A stretch of 59,283 nt of DNA, filler included. It is 7 parts of 7 records of this genome, joined end to end, with 100 filler letters (N's around TTAATTAATTAA, not from the genome) between each part and the next. Parts side by side here need not be neighbours in the genome. Positions count along the whole stretch, not along the records: positions 12,798 to 24,837 come from SRR31156797_53821; positions 24,938 to 30,066 come from SRR31156797_53956; 5 more parts are not named here. The stretch is one strand, 5' to 3'. The notes under the pieces are model-generated. The model worked only from the letters and a program-made list of their open reading frames with translations. It was not told where the DNA came from and did no database searches. Positions 17,467 to 26,744 of the stretch are shown one piece after another. Each line of letters starts with the position of its first letter. Positions within the stretch are counted from its first letter, which is position 1. The translations under genes were made by a program, and so were the position numbers.

Positions 17467-18225
17467 TCAAGGGATGGTCAGACCCCCGTCAATGATAACA
17501 TGCTCACCAACCATGTAATTAGACAGGTCTGAAGCCAAAAAGGCCACAAGGTTGGCGATTTCTTCGGGGGCGGCAAAGCGTCTGATGGGGATCCCCTTCA
17601 GCATGCGCTTTCGATTGCCGCCCTTGATGAACTGATCCACCAACGGAGTGTCCACCGTGCCGGGGCCGACGGCATTGACGTTGATATTGTGCCGGATCCA
17701 CTCAATGGCCACGGACCTGGTAAAATGGATAATGGCCGCCTTGCTGGCATGATAGGACGCATTATTAGGCCCGGCGATGACCCCTCCCGTGGAGGCCATG
17801 TTGATAACCTTTCCGTACTGTTGTTTTATCATATAATGGCCGGCTGACCGGGTGCACAAAAAGACCGCCTTGAGGTTGACGGCCATGACCTTGTCCCAGG
17901 CCTCTTCGGCCTGCTCCATTAACGGTCCCGGCGCCATAATTGCGGCATTGTTCACCAGGATATGCAGCCCGCCCATTTGGTCATGAGCCGCTGCCATGAG
18001 TTTTTCAACGGATGCTCTTTGTGTAACGTCCGTTTGAACCGGGAGCGCCCGCCTTCCCTTTGAACGTATCTGCCGGGCGGCTTCCTCAAGCTGGGAAACG
18101 GTCCTGGCCGCAAGGACCACATGGGCGCCCGCTTCAGCCAAAGCAACGGCCGTGGATTTTCCGATACCCCTTCCGGCGCCGGTCACTACCGCTACTTTTC
18201 CCTTTAGATCAATCTCAATGGCCAT
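17467..18225 (-). CDS. SDR family oxidoreductase
   Basis: VTGAGRGIG, NNAA, YHASK; start MAIEIDLKGK at 18225. Confidence 0.93.
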   Translation of the reverse strand: MAIEIDLKGKVAVVTGAGRGIGKSTAVALAEAGAHVVLAARTVSQLEEAARQIRSKGRRALPVQTDVTQRASVEKLMAAAHDQMGGLHILVNNAAIMAPGPLMEQAEEAWDKVMAVNLKAVFLCTRSAGHYMIKQQYGKVINMASTGGVIAGPNNASYHASKAAIIHFTRSVAIEWIRHNINVNAVGPGTVDTPLVDQFIKGGNRKRMLKGIPIRRFAAPEEIANLVAFLASDLSNYMVGEHVIIDGGLTIP

Positions 18226-18256
18226 ATTCCTGTTCCCCTGTTCTTTAGAGCCGGCT

Positions 18257-19000
18257 TTAAGCCATAAATGAACCGCCGTCACAATTGATGGTCTGCCCGG
18301 TGATATATGATGCTTCGTCTGAAGCAAGGAATACGGCGAGATGGGCCACCTCTGCCGGCTCGCCGAACCGTCCCAAGGGGATTCCGGCTTTAAGCCGTTC
18401 CTGGCCCTGTTCCGGAACCGCCTTCAGCATATCGGTCCAGATGGTCCCGGGCGAGATGCAATTGCAGGTAACGTTTTTTCGGCACAGTTCCTTGGCCGCC
18501 GTTCGGGTCATGGCCACAACGCCCCCTTTTGAAGCAGCATAGTTCAGTTGCCCCACGTTTCCGTATCTTGAGGTGGAGCTTATGTTGATAATGGTCCCTT
18601 TTCCCTGGGAGCGCATGTATACGGCAGCAGCCTGAATGCAGTTGAACGTGCCTTTCAGGTTGACGTCCATTACCTCTTCCCATTGCGCCTGGGTCATTTT
18701 GTGCAAAATGGCATCCCGGGTGATGGCGGCATTGTTTACCATCACATTCAACGTCCCGAACCCCTTTATTGTGTCGTCGACCATTTTACCCACAAAATCC
18801 CTGTCCGTAATATCGCCTACGGCAAGCAGGCACGCGCCATTCATTTCATCCACTCTTGATTTTACCGCTTCCAGAGCAGGTTTATCAACATCGCACAGGG
18901 TCACCTTGCCCCCGTTTTCAATGAAGCGATAAACAATTTCCTCTCCGATCCCTCTTCCAGCGCCCGTCACAATGGCTACCTTGTTGTCAAGTCTCATCAT
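18257..19000 (-). CDS. SDR family 3-oxoacyl reductase (FabG-like)
   Basis: VTGAGRGIG, NNAAITRD, GNVGQLNYAASK. Confidence 0.93.
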   Translation of the reverse strand: MMRLDNKVAIVTGAGRGIGEEIVYRFIENGGKVTLCDVDKPALEAVKSRVDEMNGACLLAVGDITDRDFVGKMVDDTIKGFGTLNVMVNNAAITRDAILHKMTQAQWEEVMDVNLKGTFNCIQAAAVYMRSQGKGTIINISSTSRYGNVGQLNYAASKGGVVAMTRTAAKELCRKNVTCNCISPGTIWTDMLKAVPEQGQERLKAGIPLGRFGEPAEVAHLAVFLASDEASYITGQTINCDGGSFMA

Positions 19001-19023
19001 TATCCTCCCAAAAATATAGAAAG

Positions 19024-19455
19024 TCAGGTGCCTTCTCCTGCAAACACCTCAAACTGTCCGGAAACCTTTGTCTCTCCGTTCTGGGCCTCAGCCACCATGT
19101 CGCACAGGACAAAAAAACCGGTTTTTGTTTCCTGCTTTTTCTTTACGGCCGCTTTGACGGTGATGACATCTCCGGGATAGGTTATGCCCATGAATCGAAC
19201 CTTGAATCGTTTCAGATGGCGCTTTTTTACCCATCCCGAGATGGCCTGTCCCATAAAGCCCATAATGAGAACCCCTTGGGCGATTACGCCTTTCATGCCG
19301 CCCTTTTGCGCCACACCGTCATCGGTATGAAGGGGGTTGAAATCGCCCGATGCCCCTGCATATCGAACCAGTTGAACCTTGGTAATGGGATCCTTTCTAA
19401 GGGGCGGCAGCGGATCTCCCACTTCCAAAACGTTGAAGTCCACATACTGTCTCAT
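19024..19455 (-). CDS. MaoC-family (R)-specific enoyl-CoA hydratase, catalytic subunit
   Basis: Hydratase-2 motif YAGASGDFNPLHTD. Confidence 0.92.
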   Translation of the reverse strand: MRQYVDFNVLEVGDPLPPLRKDPITKVQLVRYAGASGDFNPLHTDDGVAQKGGMKGVIAQGVLIMGFMGQAISGWVKKRHLKRFKVRFMGITYPGDVITVKAAVKKKQETKTGFFVLCDMVAEAQNGETKVSGQFEVFAGEGT

Positions 19456-19479
19456 TTCTTTATCTCCTCGTCTCTCCGG

Positions 19480-19935
19480 TCATTTTCTCTCTATGATGAG
19501 GGATTTTGCCCTCAAGACCTCTTCTCCCTTTTGATTGGTGAAAAGTGTGCGAAGCGTGATCAGAACCATCTGCCCCGATTTCGTCTCCTTTGGAACGATC
19601 GATTCGAACACCATGTCACATGTGAGCAGGTCCCCGGGGTAAATCTCCCTAAGATATTCATATTCTTCCTCCCCGTGCAGGACACTTTCCAGGGAAACGC
19701 CCAATGCCTCAAAGGCCTTCAGATAGCCACATGTAAATTCCTGAAAGGCCAGGGTGATAAAAGTAGGGGGGCACGGAGTGTCGGGGTAGCCTTCCGCGCG
19801 GGCTGTTTCATTCTCTATAAAAATGGGGTTGTCATCCCCTATGGCATCAACCAGTTCTTTAATCTTCACCCTGTCCACCTCAAAGATGAAAGGCGGCAAA
19901 CCCGTTCCCACCTTTGAAATATCGGCCATAATCAC
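19480..19935 (-). CDS. MaoC dehydratase N-terminal-domain hotdog protein (partner subunit)
   Basis: AIGDDNPIF, PPTF, VLHGEEEYEY. Confidence 0.88.
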   Translation of the reverse strand: MIMADISKVGTGLPPFIFEVDRVKIKELVDAIGDDNPIFIENETARAEGYPDTPCPPTFITLAFQEFTCGYLKAFEALGVSLESVLHGEEEYEYLREIYPGDLLTCDMVFESIVPKETKSGQMVLITLRTLFTNQKGEEVLRAKSLIIERK

Positions 19936-19953
19936 TTCCCTCCTTGTTCGCTT

Positions 19954-21183
19954 CTATACCTTCAATAATATGGATTCGCCCTGACCCAAGCCCCCGCAGA
20001 TAGCCGCCACACCGAGACCGCCGCCCTGCCGCATCAACTCATACATCAAGGTCATCGTAATCCTGGCGCCGCTGGCGCCCACCGGGTGCCCGATTGCAAT
20101 GGCTCCTCCATTGACATTGGTCTTATCTCGGAGGTCCTTAAATTTATCCGGATCCATCTCCGCCAGCATCTTCAAAGAGACCAATGTTACGGCGGCAAAG
20201 GCCTCGTTGATTTCAACCAGATTCATATCATCTATCCCCTTCCCGCACCGGTTCAAGACCTTCTCTATGGCCTTAGCGGGTAGCGTACCCATGTATCTCG
20301 GTTCACCCGCGGCCCATTCCATTGCTTGAATGGTTGCCAGCGGTTTCAGGCCTTTTGCGAGGGCCTTTTCCCTGCTCATGATGACCATGGCCGCGCCACC
20401 GGAATTCAAGCCGGGCGCGTTTCCAGCGGTCACCGTAGGGCTTCCATAAATCGGTTTTAGTTTGGCCAATCGTTCCATGGTTGTTTCTCGGGGGGGTTCA
20501 TCTTTGTCAAAAAGGATCGGCCCGCCTTTTCTTTGGGGGATTTCAAAAGACATGATTTCCTCACCTACCTTGAATTTTCCTTCCCGGTAGGCCTTCGACC
20601 AACGCTCCTGGCTTCGGTAACTCCATCTGTCCTGATCTTCCCTCGAAATATCATACTCCAACGCCACTTCACCTGAATCGAGCGCAACCGCATTGAACCC
20701 TTTTTTCGCGTAACCCAGCTCGAACAGAATATCGGTCATTTGCACATGGCCCAATCTCTGACCCCATCTGGCGTGTTTTGCCTCAACCAGATGGCATGCG
20801 TTCGCCATATTTTCCGCGCCACAGGCGATCACCGTATCCGCATCTCCGGATCGGATGGCCCGATACCCCAGGTGGATGGCCGTCATTGAAGAACAGCACG
20901 CCCTGTCCAGGGTCAGGGAAACGTTCTCCGCCGGAAGTCCGGCGAGAAGGGTAATTTGCCTGGCGGGTACATTCAGATAGGGCGCATATTCCGCCGGGAT
21001 ACACGTTCCGTAATACAGTTCATTGACTTCGGAAGGTTCAAGCCCGATGCGATCGATAACTTCCTTGACCACCATGACGCCGTAATCGATGCTCGAAATA
21101 TTGCTCGTTGCGCCTCCGAAACGGCCAAAGGGGGTTCTAACCGCACTGACGATTACCACATCCCTGCCATCATCCATTTTCAT
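19954..21183 (-). CDS. Thiolase (acetyl-CoA C-acyltransferase)
   Basis: RACCSSM, EINEAF, GHPVGASG, ICGGLGQG. Confidence 0.95.
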   Translation of the reverse strand: MKMDDGRDVVIVSAVRTPFGRFGGATSNISSIDYGVMVVKEVIDRIGLEPSEVNELYYGTCIPAEYAPYLNVPARQITLLAGLPAENVSLTLDRACCSSMTAIHLGYRAIRSGDADTVIACGAENMANACHLVEAKHARWGQRLGHVQMTDILFELGYAKKGFNAVALDSGEVALEYDISREDQDRWSYRSQERWSKAYREGKFKVGEEIMSFEIPQRKGGPILFDKDEPPRETTMERLAKLKPIYGSPTVTAGNAPGLNSGGAAMVIMSREKALAKGLKPLATIQAMEWAAGEPRYMGTLPAKAIEKVLNRCGKGIDDMNLVEINEAFAAVTLVSLKMLAEMDPDKFKDLRDKTNVNGGAIAIGHPVGASGARITMTLMYELMRQGGGLGVAAICGGLGQGESILLKV

Positions 21184-21292
21184 ATCTCCTTAAATTCAGC
21201 AATCGAACTTTTTTGTTTAGGCGCTATGTACGGTTTTCACATTCTTCGACCCAAGGTGCTCCCTTTCACCTCCCGCGTATTAGAGACGGGAT

Positions 21293-22843
21293 TCAAACCG
21301 GCATAATCCCATGTTTCTTCGGCAATCGGGGGTTGTCCTTCTTTTCCAGCATCTTGAGGGCCGATACGATCTTGAGCCTTGTTTCAGCGGGGTAGATCAC
21401 ATCATCTATCACCCTCAAGGCGCCTGCCAGGTAGGGGTTCGCAAAATGTGTGTCATATTCTTCCACGAATTTCTCTTTTGCGGCCGCAGGGTCCGGCGAG
21501 CTTTGAATCTCCTTTGCCCAGATCACTTCAGCAGCACCTTCGGGCCCCATGGAAGCACACTCGGCCGTGGGCCAGGCGTATACCAAATCAATCCCCAACT
21601 CTTTGGGCCCCATGGCCGACCACCCGCCGCCATAGGCCTTTCTGAGAATAATCGTGATCATGGGAACGGTGGCCGTCGAGTAGGCATAAAGCATCTTGGC
21701 CCCATGCCTTATGATCCCGCCATATTCCTGGTTGATGCCGGGCAGGAAAGCGGGGGTGTCCATCAGGGTCACAATGGGGATGTTGAAGGAATCCAGGATT
21801 TGTATGAATCGCGCCCCTTTGTCGGATGCATCGATATCGATGGCGCCGCCCAGGACCTTGGGTTGGTTGGCGATGAAGCCGATGCTCCGACCATCCATTC
21901 TGGCAAAGCCGATGACCATGTTTCGTGCGTAATCGGGCTTTATCTCGAAAAAGCTCTCCTTGTCTACGATTTCATTAATAACAAGGCGAACGTCGTAAAC
22001 CTTTCTCCTGTCTGCGGGAACGATCTCTTCCAGGTTTGGACAACGTCTGAAAGGATCATCCCCGGGTGTGGTTTTTTCGGGTTTTTCGAAACAGTTTGCA
22101 GGCAGGTAGGAAATGAGCCCCTTGATCTTTTCGATACAGTCTTCATCATTTTCAGATTCGAGATCCGCAACGCCGCTTTTTCGGGAGTGGACCCCGGAGC
22201 CCCCAAGGGCTGCATTATCGGTCTCCGCCCCGGTTACAGCCTTAATGGCGGCTGGACCCGTGATAAACATGAAGCTGGTCTTCTTCGTCATTATGATAAA
22301 ATCCATCAGAGCGGGTGAATATGCGGAGCCTCCCGCGGAGGGTCCCATGATAGCTGCGATTTGTGGGACGACTCCCGAACACCTTGCGTTTTGGTAAAAG
22401 AGGCGGGCAAAGGTAATATTCTCGGAGCCCTCCTGAAGCCTTGCGCCCGCGGAATCATAAAGGCCGATCAAGGGGGCCCTCGCTTCAAAGGCCATGGCGG
22501 CCGTATCGGCCATCTTCTTTTGGTGCACCGGCCCCACTGAACCCCCCATCACCGTAAAATCCTGGGAATATACAAATACGGTTCGACCCTTTATGTATCC
22601 GTAACCGGTCACAACGCCGTCTGCGGGAAGTTCCTTCTTATCCATGCCCAACCGGGTGCACCGATGTTTTGCAAAAAGGCCCAGTTCCACAAATGTTCCG
22701 GGATCTAGGAGCCTGTTAATCCTCTCGCGAGCCGTGAGTTTTCCCTTATTGTGTTGGGCTTCAATCTTGGCGGGTCCTCCGCCTGATGCCAAATTTGCCC
22801 GCCGTTCATTGAGTTCCTGGACTTTTTCTCTCATAAGACTCAT
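21293..22843 (-). CDS. Acyl-CoA carboxylase/decarboxylase carboxyltransferase subunit
   Basis: GKLTARERI, DFTVMGGS, DSAGARLQEG, RKAYGG, KKHGIMPV. Confidence 0.95.
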   Translation of the reverse strand: MSLMREKVQELNERRANLASGGGPAKIEAQHNKGKLTARERINRLLDPGTFVELGLFAKHRCTRLGMDKKELPADGVVTGYGYIKGRTVFVYSQDFTVMGGSVGPVHQKKMADTAAMAFEARAPLIGLYDSAGARLQEGSENITFARLFYQNARCSGVVPQIAAIMGPSAGGSAYSPALMDFIIMTKKTSFMFITGPAAIKAVTGAETDNAALGGSGVHSRKSGVADLESENDEDCIEKIKGLISYLPANCFEKPEKTTPGDDPFRRCPNLEEIVPADRRKVYDVRLVINEIVDKESFFEIKPDYARNMVIGFARMDGRSIGFIANQPKVLGGAIDIDASDKGARFIQILDSFNIPIVTLMDTPAFLPGINQEYGGIIRHGAKMLYAYSTATVPMITIILRKAYGGGWSAMGPKELGIDLVYAWPTAECASMGPEGAAEVIWAKEIQSSPDPAAAKEKFVEEYDTHFANPYLAGALRVIDDVIYPAETRLKIVSALKMLEKKDNPRLPKKHGIMPV

Positions 22844-22889
22844 ATGCGGTTCCTTGAAAAATTGCTTTTTTAACCCCTTAAATAAGGGA

Positions 22890-24107
22890 TCAAATCACTT
22901 TTTCCTCTCTCAGCGCCTGGATTTTTTGATCATCATAACCCAACAGCCCCTTCAGGATATCATCCGTATGCTCGCCAAGAAGTGGGGCCGCTGTCTCAAT
23001 TCGTCCCGGCGTTTTGGAGAGTTTGGCGGGTATGCCGGCAATTTTCAGCAGGCCTGCCATCGGATGCTCCGTCTCCACCAACATCTCTCTGGCTTCCACC
23101 TGTGGACAGTTAAAAATATCATCAACCGTGTTTACAGGCGCTGCCGGCACATCCCATTCGATAAGCATTCCGACAATTTCGTCTCGCTCCATCGATTTTG
23201 TCCACTCGGCAATGATCGATTTGAGATAATCATAGTGCTCTGACCGGCCCCACATGGTTTTGAACCGAGGATCTAAAAGGAGATCGTTTCTCTTCATGGC
23301 GCGGCACAGATTTTTCCACTGTTTTTCCCAATGTCCCGCAATTACCACATACTTCTCATCCTTAGTCTCAAAGCAGTCATAAGGCGCGTAAAGGGGGTGG
23401 GCATTCCCTTCACGACCGGAGACAATTCCGGCCATCGAGTACATCATAATCGCTCTCTCCGTCATATAGAGCATTGAGTCGTACATGGCGCAATCCACGT
23501 GCTGGCCCTGACCGGTCTTTTCCGCCGCGTGAAGGGCCGCCATGGTGGCGTATGCCGCAATTGCGGCGGCCCAGATATCGCCAATGCCGGGACCTGCTTT
23601 ATAAGGGGGGCCTCCCTTTGGCCCCGTCATGGCCATAACGCCTCCCATGGCCTGTGCAATGAGATCAAAAGAGGGCCTGTCCCGAAAGGGACCGGTGTGA
23701 CCAAATCCGGAAATGCTGGTGTAAACGATCTTTGGGTTGATTTTACTGAGAGTTTCGTATCCAAGGCCGAGGCGGTCCATGACGCCCGGTCGGAAATTTT
23801 CCATCACCACATGGGCGGTCTTTGTCAGTTCCCGTATGATTTCAATCCCCTTGGGGTGTTTCAGGTTTACGGTCATGCTTTTCTTGTTCCGGCTGATGGA
23901 AAGAAAAAAACCGCCGGTCTTGTGCTTGGAATCATGGTCTGCAAAGGGGCCGATATTTCGGGTATTGTCTCCTTTGACAGGCTGCTCGATCTTGATTATC
24001 TTTGCCCCATAATCTCCGAACATCATTGTGGCAAAAGGTCCGGCCAGCATTAAAGTAAAGTCCAGAATGCAGATGTCTTCCAGTGGTTGCGGAGACCATT
24101 GATTCAT
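22890..24107 (-). CDS. CaiB/BaiF family III CoA transferase
   Basis: LAGPFATMMFGDYGA, RNKKS, ENFRPG, SISGFGHTGP, catalytic-Asp region GIGD. Confidence 0.95.
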   Translation of the reverse strand: MNQWSPQPLEDICILDFTLMLAGPFATMMFGDYGAKIIKIEQPVKGDNTRNIGPFADHDSKHKTGGFFLSISRNKKSMTVNLKHPKGIEIIRELTKTAHVVMENFRPGVMDRLGLGYETLSKINPKIVYTSISGFGHTGPFRDRPSFDLIAQAMGGVMAMTGPKGGPPYKAGPGIGDIWAAAIAAYATMAALHAAEKTGQGQHVDCAMYDSMLYMTERAIMMYSMAGIVSGREGNAHPLYAPYDCFETKDEKYVVIAGHWEKQWKNLCRAMKRNDLLLDPRFKTMWGRSEHYDYLKSIIAEWTKSMERDEIVGMLIEWDVPAAPVNTVDDIFNCPQVEAREMLVETEHPMAGLLKIAGIPAKLSKTPGRIETAAPLLGEHTDDILKGLLGYDDQKIQALREEKVI

Positions 24108-24228
24108 GCTATATATTCTCTTTAGAAATAAGCGATTTATTTTTACCCCCATCATCCCATGGGGGGTATGTAAAAACTTTACTTTTTATCTTATCTGGAA
24201 TTTAATTAAATTTGAAATTATTTTAAAT

Positions 24229-24256
24229 ATTATACTTCCCTTGCTTGGCATGTCAA
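24229..24256 (-). promoter_or_regulatory. Sigma70 promoter for the acyl-CoA catabolic operon
   Basis: Minus strand TTGACA-N16-TATAAT in the AT-rich divergent intergenic region. Confidence 0.7.
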
Positions 24257-24435
24257 GGAAATTATCCCCTTGGCGCGCTGATAGCGATATGTAATTGATT
24301 ATGTATTATTTTTCGGAGTTCATTCGAACTGAATCCGGTAGATTCTCATGAGGTGGGTTGTTTTTTTGACGTATTTATTTTTAATATAATTAAAAGTAGA
24401 ATTAAATATAGCAACCCTAAGGAAGAAGGCAAGGT

Positions 24436-24837
24436 ATGGATGATAAAAAAAACACGAAGACCCTAATAGAAGATGCCTACCGGAAGATCAAGCAGATGAT
24501 CTTCCAGCAAAAAGTGATACCCGGACAGAGGCTTGTTTACAGTGATCTCAGCAACATGCTCGATATGTCCCGTACACCGATTATCAATGCACTCACCCGG
24601 CTTGAACAGGAAGGTTTCCTGGTTTCGGCGGCTTTTCGCGGGTTTCAGGTAAAACCCATCGATCTTCAGGAGGCCTGGGACCTTTTCGGTGTTCGAGAAG
24701 CCTTGGAAGTCTATGCCGTAGCCCAGGCCATTGAAAGAAGCGAGCCTAAAGATATAAAGGAGCTGGAGGAAAAGCGCCTAAATCATGAGCGCTATAGGCC
24801 GGATCGTTATGATAGGAAGAAATTTCTGGTGGATGCT
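24436..24837 (+). CDS. GntR family transcriptional regulator, truncated at contig end
   Basis: AYRKIKQMI...PGQRL...MSRTPIINALTRLEQEG wHTH, then start of FCD domain. Confidence 0.93.
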
Positions 24838-24937
24838 NNNNNNNNNNNNNNNNNNNNNNNNNNNNNNNNNNNNNNNNNNNNTTAATTAATTAANNNNNNN
24901 NNNNNNNNNNNNNNNNNNNNNNNNNNNNNNNNNNNNN
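24838..24937. other. Artificial contig spacer
   Basis: N44-TTAATTAATTAA-N44. Confidence 0.99.
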
Positions 24938-25726
24938 AAAATCGCTTCTCCTTCCATCATGAGCCGGGTTTTTCCCGATTATGTCAAAAACGGAGTGGAT
25001 ATGTCTTCCCTGGAAGGCGCGGCCCACATGATTTACAATCTTCCGAACCGTTTTGTGGAATACGTGTTGATGGACCTGCCAATTCCAGTAGGATTCTGGC
25101 GATCGGTGGGGTATACCATTAATGCCTTCACCGTGGAATCTTTCATGGATGAACTTGCCGTTGCCGCAGGCAAGGATCCGGTTGAATTTCGACTGGGGCT
25201 GCTAAAGAAAAATTCCCGGCCGCGTAGAATCCTGGAATTTTTGGCTGAAAAATCCGGCTGGGGCGGAACTGTTCCAAAAGGCCGCGGAAGAGGCGTCGCC
25301 GTGTGCACATCTTTTGGTTCTTCGGTCGCGCATACGGCTGAAGTTTCCGTGGACGAAAAAAGCGGCTCTGTTACCGTGCACAAAATTACCGGGGCCATAG
25401 ACTGCGGCCCGGCGGTATATCCGGACGCAATCAAGGCCCAATTTGAAGGCGCGGCGATTATGGCTTTGAGCGTCGCCTTCAAGGAGCGCATGAATTTTGA
25501 TGCCGGCGGCGTCTCGACCCTGAACTATGACGATTATCCGCTTTTGTCCATGACCGAAATCCCGGAAATAGAAGTGCACATCATGGAGACTCAAAACAAA
25601 ATTGGAGGGGTGGGCGAGCCTGGTTTTCCAACCGTCGCCCCGGCAACAGCCAATGCAATTTTCAATGCAACCGGGATCCGACTAAGAAATTTGCCCTTTG
25701 AAACGGAAAAACTGAAAAAGGCGTGA
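24938..25726 (+). CDS. Xanthine dehydrogenase family molybdopterin-binding subunit (IorB-like), C-terminal fragment
   Basis: WRSVG...ESFMDELA...DPVEFRL, GGVGEPG, ANAIFNATGIRLRNLP; frame open from contig start. Confidence 0.92.
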   Translation, partial: KIASPSIMSRVFPDYVKNGVDMSSLEGAAHMIYNLPNRFVEYVLMDLPIPVGFWRSVGYTINAFTVESFMDELAVAAGKDPVEFRLGLLKKNSRPRRILEFLAEKSGWGGTVPKGRGRGVAVCTSFGSSVAHTAEVSVDEKSGSVTVHKITGAIDCGPAVYPDAIKAQFEGAAIMALSVAFKERMNFDAGGVSTLNYDDYPLLSMTEIPEIEVHIMETQNKIGGVGEPGFPTVAPATANAIFNATGIRLRNLPFETEKLKKA

Positions 25727-25810
25727 ACTCGATTAAGTTCATGAAAACAGCCTTCCGGGAATCGATGATTTCCTAATCCTTGATTTCTGGTTGATTGTGT
25801 CAATAGGAGC

Positions 25811-25835
25811 GTAGCGGCGCCCCCCTGTGGGCGCC
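25811..25835 (+). repeat. GTAG-type REP-like palindrome
   Basis: GTAGC-GGCGCCC-CCCTGT-GGGCGCC between convergent genes. Confidence 0.55.
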
Positions 25836-25856
25836 GAATTATTTCCTTCTAACGAC

Positions 25857-26735
25857 TTAACTCTGTTTCCTCACCCCGCCGCCATTTACTACATTCAAAT
25901 CCGAAAAAGGATGACGTGAGCCATATTGGCCGGGCGTCTCCTCAACCAGCACGGTGTAAGTATTGATTGTCGGACCGTCTTGCCACCGGTCGGCGTAAAA
26001 ATGAAATAGAAACCCGGGGGGTTCAAGAAGAAAATTCGAAGGGGCCTGAATTTCAAGGTCAACAGGAATCTGCATCCCGACGCCGGGAGCGACCACGGCC
26101 GTCCTGCCGGCGAATTCCGCAACGATGCTCCGGTGAATGTGTCCGCAGGCGATTCGAACAACCTGGTGGTGACGGCGTAATATATCCGCCAGCTTGTCGC
26201 GATTGACAAACGGCTCCTTATCCATATGGCCTATACCGGAGGCAAAAGGAGGGTGATGCATAAAAACCAGTGCAGGGCGGTCCGGCTTTTCAGACAGTGT
26301 TTTATCCAGCCATTTCAATCGCTCCAAGCCCAGCCCGCCGCCATGCCTCCCCGGCGTAACCGTGTCCAGGCCTATCAGCCGGAGTTCATAATCATTTACC
26401 GCATAACACATGTACGGCCGCCCGTTTTCAAAAACGGCTTCCCTCAAATACAAATGGCGGTCAAAAACAAGAGCCAGGTTTTCCTTATTGTCGTGATTAC
26501 CGGGAATAACCAGGGCGGGCGCCCCCAGCTTTTCAAGACATAATTTCAACCGGTCGTAAGAATCCAGCGAACCGTCATCGGAAATATCTCCGGTTATAAT
26601 GTAAATATCCGGTTTTGATCCGCATCTCGAAATGTAGTCGATAGTTGATTCAAAACGAGCGGCTGTGTCAGCCGCGTTGTATGCAGGCGCTCCGCCTTTC
26701 TTTAAATGTAAATCTGATAGTTGCCCGATAAGCAT
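25857..26735 (-). CDS. Metallophosphoesterase (CpdA/GpdQ-like phosphodiesterase)
   Basis: SDLH, TGDISD, PGNHD, MHHPP, CGHIH. Confidence 0.93.
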   Translation of the reverse strand: MLIGQLSDLHLKKGGAPAYNAADTAARFESTIDYISRCGSKPDIYIITGDISDDGSLDSYDRLKLCLEKLGAPALVIPGNHDNKENLALVFDRHLYLREAVFENGRPYMCYAVNDYELRLIGLDTVTPGRHGGGLGLERLKWLDKTLSEKPDRPALVFMHHPPFASGIGHMDKEPFVNRDKLADILRRHHQVVRIACGHIHRSIVAEFAGRTAVVAPGVGMQIPVDLEIQAPSNFLLEPPGFLFHFYADRWQDGPTINTYTVLVEETPGQYGSRHPFSDLNVVNGGGVRKQS

Positions 26736-26744
26736 TATAGCCTC

